NCBI RefSeq assembly: GCF_004010195.1
Contig: NC_057720.1
Coordinates: forward strand, 91,638,294 to 91,673,940
Length of the DNA: 35,647 nucleotides
Direction of reading: 5' to 3'
Origin: Chiloscyllium plagiosum
Taxonomy: Eukaryota
The notes under the pieces are model-generated. The model searched no databases. It was not told the DNA's origin and saw only the letters and a list, made by a program, of their open reading frames with translations. Positions 23,458 through 33,700 of this stretch are shown in pieces (the first letter of the stretch is position 1; each line of letters begins with the position of its first letter). A program made the position numbers and the translations under genes.

Positions 23458-24579
23458 CTGAAAGACAAGAGAAACAATTTTAATTCCTGCCACTGGAAGG
23501 GAATTCAACCATAATCTGGCCATACAATATTTTTGAACATTTGTCGTCAATACAGAATAAACCCAACAAACGACCAGGCATTGTTCAAATTGCTTCTTGG
23601 GATGTGAGAGCCAGCATTTACCCATCCCTAATTGCTCCTGAGAAGGTGATGGTGAAGCAGCAGAGAGAGAAGAGACAGTTTTGGACCATTGTTTATAAAA
23701 TGAGTGTGGGCAGCTGGAAGGGCTGTCAATGGGGGAGCATTTTCGTGATAGTGATCAGAACTCAGTAAGCTTGAGAGTAGAGATGAAAATGGAGAACTAT
23801 GGAGCAAGTGTAAAAGTTTTCATTTTACTCAACTGTGTGGTGTTTTGGTAAAAGTGGATCGGAGCAAGCAGCATGATGGGAAATCAATGTCAAGACAATG
23901 GGAGTCCTCGAAAAATGAGACAGAGATCGTTCAGAATCTGTTCCCACAAAGAGTAAGAGCACCCAGATCTAGACTAAATGAACAAGAGGATTGGGAGTCA
24001 TGTACTGACATGGATTGGGAACTGGTTGGCAGACAGGACAGAAAGAACGAGTCTTGTTCTGAATGGCAGGTAGTTACAACTTAGGGTGCCACAGCGGTCA
24101 GTCCTTGGTACTTAGTTATTCATAAAGTATAATAATAGAATCATTGAGTCAGAGAGACCCAAAAGGCCCATCAGCCCATTGTGTACATATTGGTCAAAAA
24201 ACAACAACCTAATAATTCTCATTCATTTTACCAGCCTGAGGGAATTAGATGCAGTATGTGTTCAATAAAGAATTAGATATAGTTCTTCGGATTAAAGGGA
24301 TCAAAGAATGTGGGGAGAAAGCAGGAACAGGGGACAGTGTTGGATGATCAGCCATGATCATATTGAATGGTGGAGCAGGCTTGAGGGGCCGAATCACCTA
24401 CTGCTGCTGGTAGTTTGGATGTTTCTATCTGTTTCTCAGATAATGAAGGAATGTCTCTTGTCAATTTGAAGCTGGAAGTCAAATGTTTGTGGAGGTGGAA
24501 GATATGGCTATGGTGATTAATGCAGGTCAATAAGGTGGTAAGAAGACACATGTGATAAACTGTTTTTTTCCCCTTGATG

Positions 24580-24905
24580 GAATGAGGGCAATTGCTGGAT
24601 TGGCAGCATTTATTGCCCATCCCTAATCACCCAGAGGGCAGTTTAGAGTCAACCGCATTGCTGTGGGTCTGGGGTCACATGATACGGATGGCAGTTTATT
24701 TTCCGAAAGGACATTAGGGAATCAGATGGCTTTTTCCTGACAATCAACGATAGTTTCATGATCGACATTAGAGTCTTAATTACAGATTTTTTTTTTGTTT
24801 GAATTTGAATGCCACCACCTGCTGGATTCTAACCCTGGTCCCCAGACATTATCTGGATCTCTGGATTAACAGGTCAGCAATAACACCATTAGACCATCAC
24901 CTCCC
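24580..24905 (-). mobile_element. Probable tRNA-derived SINE
   Basis: On minus: A-box-like ggtgatggtctaatgg and B-box-like gggttagaatcc; similar tails near 10600-10665 and 23600-23655. Confidence 0.55.
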
Positions 24906-24914
24906 TTATCTCAT

Positions 24915-26560
24915 TTTTGGTTGACAGTGAAAGCAAGGAGTTTGTTTATTCTGGAACTGTATAAAACCCCAGTTAGAGTACAGTGAGAGAACTGTGTACG
25001 GTTCTGGTCACCACATCACAGGAAGGATGTGATTCCATTAGAGACGGGGACAGAGGAGGAGTTTGTTTGGAATGGGGACTTTGAGCTGTGAGGAATGATT
25101 GGTTTGGCTGGGAGTGTTTCCTTTGGAACACAGTTGGCTGAGGGGAGATTTGATGGTGGTGTGCAAAATGATGAGGGGCCTGGACAGAGTGGGTAGGAAG
25201 GACTGATTTCCACCAGCACAAAGAGCAATAACCATGGGGAGAGATTGAAATCAGTTAGCGGCAGGGTTAGAGTGGAGTTGAGGGTATTTGTTTTCACCTT
25301 TAGGCTGGGATGTGGGACTCACTGTCTGAAAGGGTGGGAGAGGCAGAAACCCTCATCACATTGAAAATACACTTGGGTATTCACTTCAAACAGCGAAACC
25401 TCCAGAGCTATGGAGCGAGAGCTGGAAAGTGGGATGGATCTTGATACCTCTTTAACAAACCTCCAATCAGCCACAGATCAGGAGAAATTTATTCGAGAAC
25501 ATTGGAGCAGACTCGGATCCACACACTTCGGGAAAGAGTCACATTGGGGTGTCTATGTAGAAGGTTCTAGATTACATTTCAAACCTTGCTGCACACTGCT
25601 GGGCTGAGGGTCAAGGGTGAAGCTGCAAAGAGTCTCAGTGTCCTTTGGGTCACTGCTCCTAATGACCTCATGCCCCCGGAAGGTGAGAGTGCACAGACAA
25701 TGGGTGAGTGTCAGGATCAGGAGACTTCAACCTTAAAGAAAGACTTGCATTTGTGTAGCACCTGTCAACAACTCAGAATGTCCCAATGGCTCTTTCCAGC
25801 AGACTGTGCGCAGCGAGATCCCAAACACAGTATAATAAATAAAAAAATAGATTTTTAGTGATTTTGATTGGGGGATAAATGTTGATCAGGGACACGAGGG
25901 GGAACTGCCGCTCTTCATTCAACAGTGCCATGGAATGGCATCTTTCACAACTGAACGAGTCCCAGCTCATGCAAAAAAAAGAAGAATAGTTCACTGAAAG
26001 TGAAGTTGCAGGTAGGTAGGGGGGAGACAAAGTCATTTGGTTTGCTTTCTTTTATTGGTCAGTGCATTGAGTATTGCAGTTGGGAGCTGTTGCGGCTGTA
26101 TAGGACATTGGTTAGGCCATTTTTGGAATACTGTGTGCAATTCTGGTCTCCCCGCTATAGGAAAAATGTTGTGAACCATAAAATGGTTCAGAAAAGATTT
26201 ACGATGATGTTGCTAAGGTTGGAGGGTTTGAGCTATCGGGAGAGGCTGAATAGGCTGAGGCTGTTTTCCCTGGATCATTGCAGGTTGGTGGGTGACCGTA
26301 TAGAGGTTTATAAAATCATGAGCGGCATAGATAGGGTGAATAGAGAAGATCTTTTCTCCAGAGTGGGGGAGTCCAGAAGTGGAGGGCATAGGTTGAAGGT
26401 GACAGGGGAAAGATTTAAAAGGGACCTAAGGGACAAAGTTTTCATTCAGAGGGTGTTAAATGTATGAAATGAGCTGCCAGAAGAAGTGGTGAAGGCTGGT
26501 ACAATTACAACATTTAAAAGGCATGGATATGTAAATAGGAAGAGTTTAGAGGGATATGGA
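24915..26560 (+). mobile_element. CR1-like LINE 3' fragments (24915-25450 and 25985-26560) with intervening sequence
   Basis: LYRTLVRPFLEYCVQFWSPRYRK...GLSYRERLNRLRLFSL...EVYKIMSGIDRV. Confidence 0.75.
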
Positions 26561-26745
26561 TATCAATCCAGCCCTTAACATTTCAGGTTCTTCCAAAAAA
26601 CATTGACAGACAGTTTTGTTTGACAAGCAGTCACTGTTGCAATGTCAGGAACGTGGCAGCCAGTTTCTACACAGCAAGATCCAAGTAGAAGCAATGAGAT
26701 CAAAGAGTAATAATGATGTTGGATTAATGATAAATATTGGCCTGA

Positions 26746-27057
26746 TTAGATTCCCTACAGTGTGGAAATAGCAGTTCAGCCTGACAAGTCCACACCAACT
26801 CTCCGAAGAGCAGCCCAATGAGGAACCTTCCCTACATTTACTCCTGACTATTTCACCTAACACTATAGGCAATTTGGAACGGCCAATTGACCTGACCTGC
26901 ACATCTTTGGACAATAGGATTAAACCAGAGCACCCTGGGGGAAACCCACACAGACACAGAATGTGCAAACACCACACAGACAGTTTCCCAAGGCAGAAAT
27001 TTAACCCGGGTCCTTGGTGCTGTGAGGTAGCAGTGCTAACCACTGAGCCACCATGCC
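26746..27057 (-). mobile_element. HE1-like SINE, near full length
   Basis: Minus strand starts ggcatggtggctcagtggttagcactgct (A box) ... cccgggttaaatttc (B box) and ends cacactgtagggaatctaa. Confidence 0.8.
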
Positions 27058-27239
27058 TGAAGTCAACCCAAAGAGAAAGTAATTTTGTTCAGTTGGATGG
27101 AAAATGAGAAAACAGAAGGTGAAGGAGAAGGTACGATTGCTGGTTAGCGATGGGATAGATTGTTACCAGAAAATAAAAGATAGGGACGGAATTTTTGAAT
27201 ATCAAAGGAACTAAAGAAGTGCTGGGAAAATCAATAATG

Positions 27240-28239
27240 GAACAAACTTAAAGTGTTTGTAACTAAATGCACAAAGCATTCCGAATAAGGTAGACAAAGT
27301 GATGCCATAAATCAAGGTAAATTGAGTGTCCAAGGAATTTAAACTAGTTAAAGTGGAGGAGGGCTCAGGAGAGGTTATTCATGTTTCTAGAAGACATACT
27401 AGGACAGAGAGTACAGAAAGGAACAAGAGTTGAACATCAAGCACAGCAGATAAGAGGACAATGATAGGAATGAGAGCAGTCAATGCAAGACTGAGAGTGT
27501 TGTACTTTAATACACACAGTATACACAATGAGCTTGTAGTGCAGATTGAAACTGACAGGTACAATGTTGTGGGTATCACAGAGACATGGCTGTAAGGGGA
27601 TCCGGGCTGGCAACTAAATATCCAAGAATACATATCCTATCAAAAGGACTGGCAGGTGGGCAGAGGGGCAAGAGTTGCCTTGTTAGTGTGAAATAAAATT
27701 CAATCAATAGCAAGAAGTGATATCCAGTCAGAAGGTGTAGAATCTGTGTGGGTAGAGTTGAGGAACCGCAATAAAGAATCTGATGCAGGTTATGTCCAGG
27801 TCTCCAAGCAGTAATCAGGATGTGGGGAATAAAATCACTCAGGAGACAGAAAAGGCATAAACTAAATGTCAGGGTAGACCTCAATGGATAGGTGGACTGG
27901 GTAGTGCGTCTAAAGAAAAGGATTTCAAGGAATGTCTACGAGATGGTTTTTGGAGCAGCTTGTGATTGAGCCATTATGGAACAGACAGGTTTGGATTCAG
28001 TGATGTGTAATGAGGCAAACTTGATTAGTGAGTTTAAGGTGAAAGTAGCCCTGTGGATAATGGACTATAATATGATGGAATTCCCTCTGTAGTTTGAGAG
28101 GGAGAAGCTACAATCAGATGGAACTGTATTTCAATTGACTAAAGGTAACTACAAAGACATGAGGAAGGATCTGGCCAGAGTTGATTGGAAGGGGAGCTGA
28201 GCAGATAAGATGGTGGGACAGCAAACAGCAGAGTTTCTG
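27240..28239 (+). mobile_element. CR1-like LINE ORF2 endonuclease region
   Basis: Codons for an endonuclease-like YNVVGITETWL motif near 27560-27592; its end is homologous to 35509-35647 (inverted). Confidence 0.75.
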
Positions 28240-28511
28240 TGCTCATCTGCACTCCCAAGAATCCTACCATTAGCCCAGTACTTTGCATTCTGATTACTCC
28301 GTCCAAAGTGTATCACCTCACACTTGTCCACATTAAACTCCATTTGCCACCTCTCAGCCCAGCTCTGCATCCTATCTATGTTTCTCTGCAACCTACTACA
28401 TCCTTCGTCACTATCCACAACGCCATCGACCTTAGTGTCGTCCGCAAATTTACTAACCCACCCTTCTAATCCCTCATCCAGGTCATTTATAAAATTGACG
28501 AACAGCAGTGG
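28240..28511 (-). mobile_element. Younger CR1-like RT fragment, oppositely oriented, running into a gap
   Basis: LQRNIDRMQSWAERWQMEFNVDKCEVIHFGRSN and KFADDTK. Confidence 0.82.
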
Positions 28512-29011
28512 NNNNNNNNNNNNNNNNNNNNNNNNNNNNNNNNNNNNNNNNNNNNNNNNNNNNNNNNNNNNNNNNNNNNNNNNNNNNNNNNNNNNNNNNN
28601 NNNNNNNNNNNNNNNNNNNNNNNNNNNNNNNNNNNNNNNNNNNNNNNNNNNNNNNNNNNNNNNNNNNNNNNNNNNNNNNNNNNNNNNNNNNNNNNNNNNN
28701 NNNNNNNNNNNNNNNNNNNNNNNNNNNNNNNNNNNNNNNNNNNNNNNNNNNNNNNNNNNNNNNNNNNNNNNNNNNNNNNNNNNNNNNNNNNNNNNNNNNN
28801 NNNNNNNNNNNNNNNNNNNNNNNNNNNNNNNNNNNNNNNNNNNNNNNNNNNNNNNNNNNNNNNNNNNNNNNNNNNNNNNNNNNNNNNNNNNNNNNNNNNN
28901 NNNNNNNNNNNNNNNNNNNNNNNNNNNNNNNNNNNNNNNNNNNNNNNNNNNNNNNNNNNNNNNNNNNNNNNNNNNNNNNNNNNNNNNNNNNNNNNNNNNN
29001 NNNNNNNNNNN
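28512..29011. other. Assembly gap (500 N) between the C-containing segment and the V-J segment
   Basis: N run of round size, likely a scaffolding join of unknown true length. Confidence 0.99.
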
Positions 29012-29110
29012 CTGGAGGATGGGATTAGTGTCATCAGATCGCTGTTTAACAGCACAGTCACAATGGGCCAAATGGCCTCATTCAGTGCTGTTCACATCAA
29101 TGACTCTCTG

Positions 29111-29140
29111 AGATAGAGAGAGAGAGAGAGAGAGAGAGAA
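29111..29140. repeat. (GA)n microsatellite upstream of the V promoter
   Basis: agatagagagagagagagagagagagagaa. Confidence 0.85.
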
Positions 29141-29182
29141 GAGGAATTGTGAGGCCCTATGTGGTTCTCTCTGCCTGATGCA

Positions 29183-29236
29183 ATTTACATACTGAGGAAC
29201 ACCCAGTCAGACTCTCACAGGCTGCAGCTTTATAAA
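29183..29236 (+). promoter_or_regulatory. V promoter: octamer-like ATTTACAT (29183-29190) and TATAAA (29231-29236)
   Basis: Motifs seen directly upstream of the leader ATG at 29297; same spacing as in the paralog. Confidence 0.7.
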
Positions 29237-29296
29237 GCAGAGCCCAGTGAAGGGAGAGTTTATCAGGAACCAGGCACAGGGACAGGAGCACACACC

Positions 29297-29345
29297 ATGA
29301 TTTCACACATCCAGCTGATCTGGCCCCTGGCATTCTGTGTCGCAG
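29297..29345 (+). CDS. IGKV: Ig kappa-type V leader exon (MISHIQLIWPLAFCVA-G)
   Basis: CACCATG start, 49-nt exon, GT donor at 29346; intron ends at AG 29530-29531. Confidence 0.93.
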
Positions 29346-29531
29346 GTACAAATCTCTCTCCTTCCACCTTGAATCTTTAGCTGCTCTCCATTTCACTCCA
29401 ATTCCACTGACTTGTGATTGAAGGAAAAATGCTGAAACCAGAGGAATGTTCAGTGTCTCCGACAATCTCTCATTTGACAGGCTCTTTCTGTGAACGTTCT
29501 GACTTCACTGTGTTTCTCTCTGACCCCTCAG

Positions 29532-29828
29532 GTACCAGTGGGGACATCACCATGACCCAGTCTCCCCCAGTGCTGTCAGTGGGATGGGGCCAGACAGCAA
29601 CCATCATCTGTACGGCCAGTCAAAGCAGTACCAACTACCTTGATTGGTACCAGCAGCGAGAAGGTCAGAAACCCTCTCTCCTGATCTCCAGTGCACAACT
29701 CGATTCACAGGAAGTCTCCGATCGATTCACCGGCAGTGGATCAGGGACCAGTTTCACCCTGAAAATCAGCAAGGTTCAGAATGAGGATGTCGCTGACTAT
29801 TACTGTCAGCAACGTTACAGCTGGCCTT
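29532..29828 (+). CDS. IGKV: Unrearranged Ig kappa-type (NS4-like) V segment, open frame
   Basis: [48 protein letters not shown]...[35 protein letters not shown]; both Cys and the Trp are present; followed by a 12-RSS. Confidence 0.95.
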
Positions 29829-29856
29829 CACGGTGATACAGAGCCGTACAAAAACC
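29829..29856 (+). other. 12-bp-spacer recombination signal sequence of V
   Basis: CACGGTG + ATACAGAGCCGT (12 nt) + ACAAAAACC (perfect nonamer); a 12-RSS on V is the kappa-type configuration. Confidence 0.95.
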
Positions 29857-30250
29857 TCAATGTGCACAGCACCACCACCTGTACTGACACATTCCACATT
29901 TTTGTGATATACACACAGTCCCACCTCCTGCACTGACACATCCACAGTTATATGTAAATGAAATTGAACAAATTACCCCATACCGGGATTGTCACTGTAC
30001 ATGCCACACTCCAGTCCTTGTCGTGTCCACTGCTCACTGAAGGACTCACGTTTCCCTCTTACACTCCATGGCCACACGTGAAGAGCAGCTGCTAGATTTA
30101 ACATCGAAAAATAAAGTTCACAAACTGCACAAGCCCAGCTGGACACAACCCAAAGAGACAGAGGGAGGGCAGGGAGAGGGTGAGACTGAGTAAGAGACAG
30201 AGAGAGAGACAGGGAGAGGTTGAGAGTGAGGGAAGGAAGCAGAGAGCAGA

Positions 30251-30289
30251 AGTTTTTGTACAGCCTCTGCACTGGGAGCTCTTTCTTTG
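30251..30289 (-). other. 23-bp-spacer RSS of J with degenerate heptamer
   Basis: On +: AGTTTTTGT (30251-30259), 23 nt, then TTCTTTG instead of CACTGTG; the essential CAC reads CAA. Confidence 0.8.
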
Positions 30290-30324
30290 GTGTACGTTCT
30301 GTAAAGGAACCAATCTCCGACTGA
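30290..30324 (+). pseudogene. IGKJ: Ig kappa-type J segment, defective (CTFCKGTNLRL)
   Basis: G TGT ACG TTC TGT AAA GGA ACC AAT CTC CGA CTG A|gtaagt; homologous to the J at 5390-5420, but FGKG is changed to FCKG. Confidence 0.88.
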
Positions 30325-30754
30325 GTAAGTAAACCTCAATCATCCATTATTAACCCGTTCAATCTCTAACCACAATTTATAAAACACAAATACTGAATTG
30401 TTGAAGTGTTGCAGTGAAGGAAATATTTTATTGAGGAACACCGCGTCCCATACGGTGTACACCTGTATTTCTGTAGTCCTATAACCCCGTTAAAAAGCAA
30501 GATATAAGTCAGTCAGTTTTACTCACCGTGTGGAGGAGCTCTGTCCATTTGCAGCCTGTGGTCCCATTCCTGCAGCATGGAGTGAAATCAGTGAGTAGCC
30601 TCCTGCCAGTCTCAGTGTGACAGATACGGGCAGAGTTTGATGTGAGCTCTGGCTCCCTGTCCCAGTTTCTATCTCACTGACCTCAGCAGCAGCAGCAGCA
30701 GCAACACAGTGAGACACCGAGCTCCCACCTCCCCCAGCTTTAACTCTGCTCAAT

Positions 30755-33700
30755 CACATAATCACAGAATTGTTACAGTGCACAAGGAGGCCATTCTGTC
30801 TATCCTGTCTGGACCGGCTCTCCGAATGAGCAATTCACTGAGTGTCATTCTCCTGCCTTCTCCCTGTCACCCTGCACATTGTTCCTTTTCAAATAACAGT
30901 GTCATTCCCTTCAGAGTGTTTCAATTGAAGCTGCCTCCACCACACTCTCAGGCAGTGCATTCCAGATCTTAACCACTTGCTGGCCAAAAATGTTGTTCCC
31001 CATCTCACTTTTGTTACTTTTCCCTATTACTTTCAATCTGTCGTCTTTCAGTCTCAATCCTTTCTCAATTGGGAATATTTTCTCCCTATTTACTGTATCT
31101 AGGCCCCTCCTGATTTTAATTCCTCGAACAAATCTCCTCTCAGCCTTCTCCAAAGAAGACAGTCCCAAATTCTCCAAACTATCTTCATAACTGATGTTCC
31201 TCATCCCTCGAATGATCTTTGGGAATATTTTTTGCCATTTCTACAAAATTTCACCTGCTTTCTGAATTAATCACATTATCTATGTCCCTCATGATTTTAT
31301 AAACCTCTATGCTGTCACTCCTCAGACTCTTTCACTTCAGGGGAAAAAAGTCTCAGCTTTTCCAGCTGCTCATATTCATGGAGTCATACAGTGTGGAAAC
31401 AGACATTTCAGTCCAACTTGTCCATGCTAACCAGATATCCTAAATGACTTCATCCCATTTGCCAGCATTTGGCTTACATCGCTCTAAACCCTTCCGATCC
31501 ATGTTCCCATCCCAATGTGTTTTAAATGTTGTAATTTTATCCGCCTCCCACACTTTCTCTAGCACCTCGATCCAGACACACACCACCCTCTGCGTGACAA
31601 GTTACTGCTCGGGTCCCTTTTGACTCTTTTGTCTCTCACCTTAAACCTATGCCATCTTGTTTTGGACTCCCCTTACCAAGGAAAAGACCATGGATATACA
31701 CCCTGTCCATGCCCCTCATGATTTTATGCACATCTATAAGGTCACCCCGAGGCCTTAGATGCTGCAGGGAAAATAGGCCCATTTCTTCAGCCTCTCCCGA
31801 CAGCCGAAACCCTCCAATTCCTGGCCATATCCTTATAAATCTTTTCCGCTGCCTTTTAAGTTTAACAACATCCTTCCTATCTCAGGATGATCAGAATTGT
31901 TCACATTATTCCCAAAGTGGCCTCACCACCTGCTGTACAACTGCAAAATGATGTCCCAACTCCTGCAGTGACCAATAAAAGCAAGCATACCCAACACCTT
32001 CTTCATCTCCCTGTCTACCTGTGACTCCACTGTCAAGGAATAATGCACCTACACCTGCACCTTCACCCCACGGTCTATTTGTTCAGCAAATCTCCGCAAG
32101 GCCCTACCATTAACCGTAAAAGTCCTGCCATGGTTTGGCTTTGCAAAGTATAGCACTCACATTTATCTGAATTAAACTCCATCTGCTATTCCTCAGCCCA
32201 CTGGCCCAGTTGGTCAAGTTCCCATTGTACTCTTGGACAGCCTTCTTCACTGGACACAATGCCACCTGAAAATTCATCTGAACAGACTCTCACAACTCTG
32301 GCCCCTTCCTGCCTGTTACACTGCTACTACCCAGTCTATATTCAAAAATTAAAGAGCCATTTATAATGACTCTATCACGTTTGCAGGTATCTGTAATTAC
32401 TTGCATTTGTATTCCTCTGCATCCTTCCCACTGGGTGGTGACTTATTGACTGCTCTGAGGATTCTGTGGTCCTTGGTGTTCCTCACTGATTATCCCCCCT
32501 GGCTCCCACAGCCCAGCCAAGTTAGTTTAAACCCTCTCCAACAGCACTAGTAAATCACCCCAAAAGAACTCAGTCCCAGCTCAGTTCAGGAACAACGCTG
32601 TCTGGTCTGTCCAGGTCTCATCTCCCCCAGACCCACTCCCAATGCCCAAGAATCTAAAGCCCTCCCACTGGATCCTCTTTCCAGCTTCACATTCACCTGT
32701 GTTACCCTCCTGTTCCTATTCTCACTTGGGTGGGGCACTGGGAGCAATCCGGAGATTCTTACTGTTGAGCTCCCAGTGCTAATTCCCTCCAGAGCCCCCT
32801 AAATTCTGACTGCAGGACCACATCCCTTTTCTCCCTCTGTCACTGGGACCGATGTGGACCATGACTGCTGACTGTTCCCCTTCTCCCCTCAGGGTGCTCT
32901 GCAGCCGCTCAGAGACATCCTTGACCCTGGCACCAGGGAGACAACACACCATCCTGGATTCCCATCTGCAGCTGCAGAAACACCTATCGATTGCCCTCAC
33001 TCTCGAATCTCCTCTCACTATCCCTCTTCCAGTCTTACTTGTGCCCCCCTGTACAGCTGAACCCTCCACCTTGGTGCCAGGGACTTGGCTCTGGCTGCAC
33101 TTCAGAGATGAACCATCATTCTCATCAGGATTCTGAACTGAATCCCGGTTGGAGAATGGGATGCACTCAGGGGATTCCTCTACTAGCTACCTGGTCCTTT
33201 TGGACTGTCTGCTGCTCCCCCATTCCCTCTCTCCCTGCATACTCTGCAACTGCAGAGTGACCACATCTAGAAAGGTGCTCTCCACGGAGCTCTCAGCCTC
33301 ACGGACACTCCGCACTGACACCAGCTGCTTCTCAAGCTCCGGAACCCGGAGCTCCAACTGCTGTCACTGACCACACTTCCTGTACTCATGATATTCCAAG
33401 AGCTAAGAAGCATTCTGAAGTTCCCACCTAAATGCACACTCTCTTCACCCTTTGGTCATCTCTTTGCAGAGTTCTGATGACAAACAGTTACAGCAGGGCT
33501 CCCAGTCCTGTGGGTTCAGTGTTCCAGGGTTTTGGGGAAACTCTCCAGAAGACTTTAAGAAATAGGGGCAGAAATCAGCCATTTAGCCCATTGAATCTGC
33601 TCTGCCATTTGATCTTGGCAGAAATGCTTCTCAACCCCATTCTCCTGCCTACTCCACAGGAACGTTCGATCTCCTTAACAATCATGAACCTATCTATCTC

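Noticed and set aside
25672-25686. Second CTCF-like motif (ccttccgggggca on minus)
   Set aside because: Only about 9/12 core matches, with mismatches at informative positions
26995-27057. tRNA gene
   Set aside because: A/B boxes belong to a SINE head; no full cloverleaf is evident
29414-29531. N-terminal extension [12 protein letters not shown]... on the V ORF (also 5715-5832)
   Set aside because: Read-through of the leader intron; the real start is the leader exon ATG
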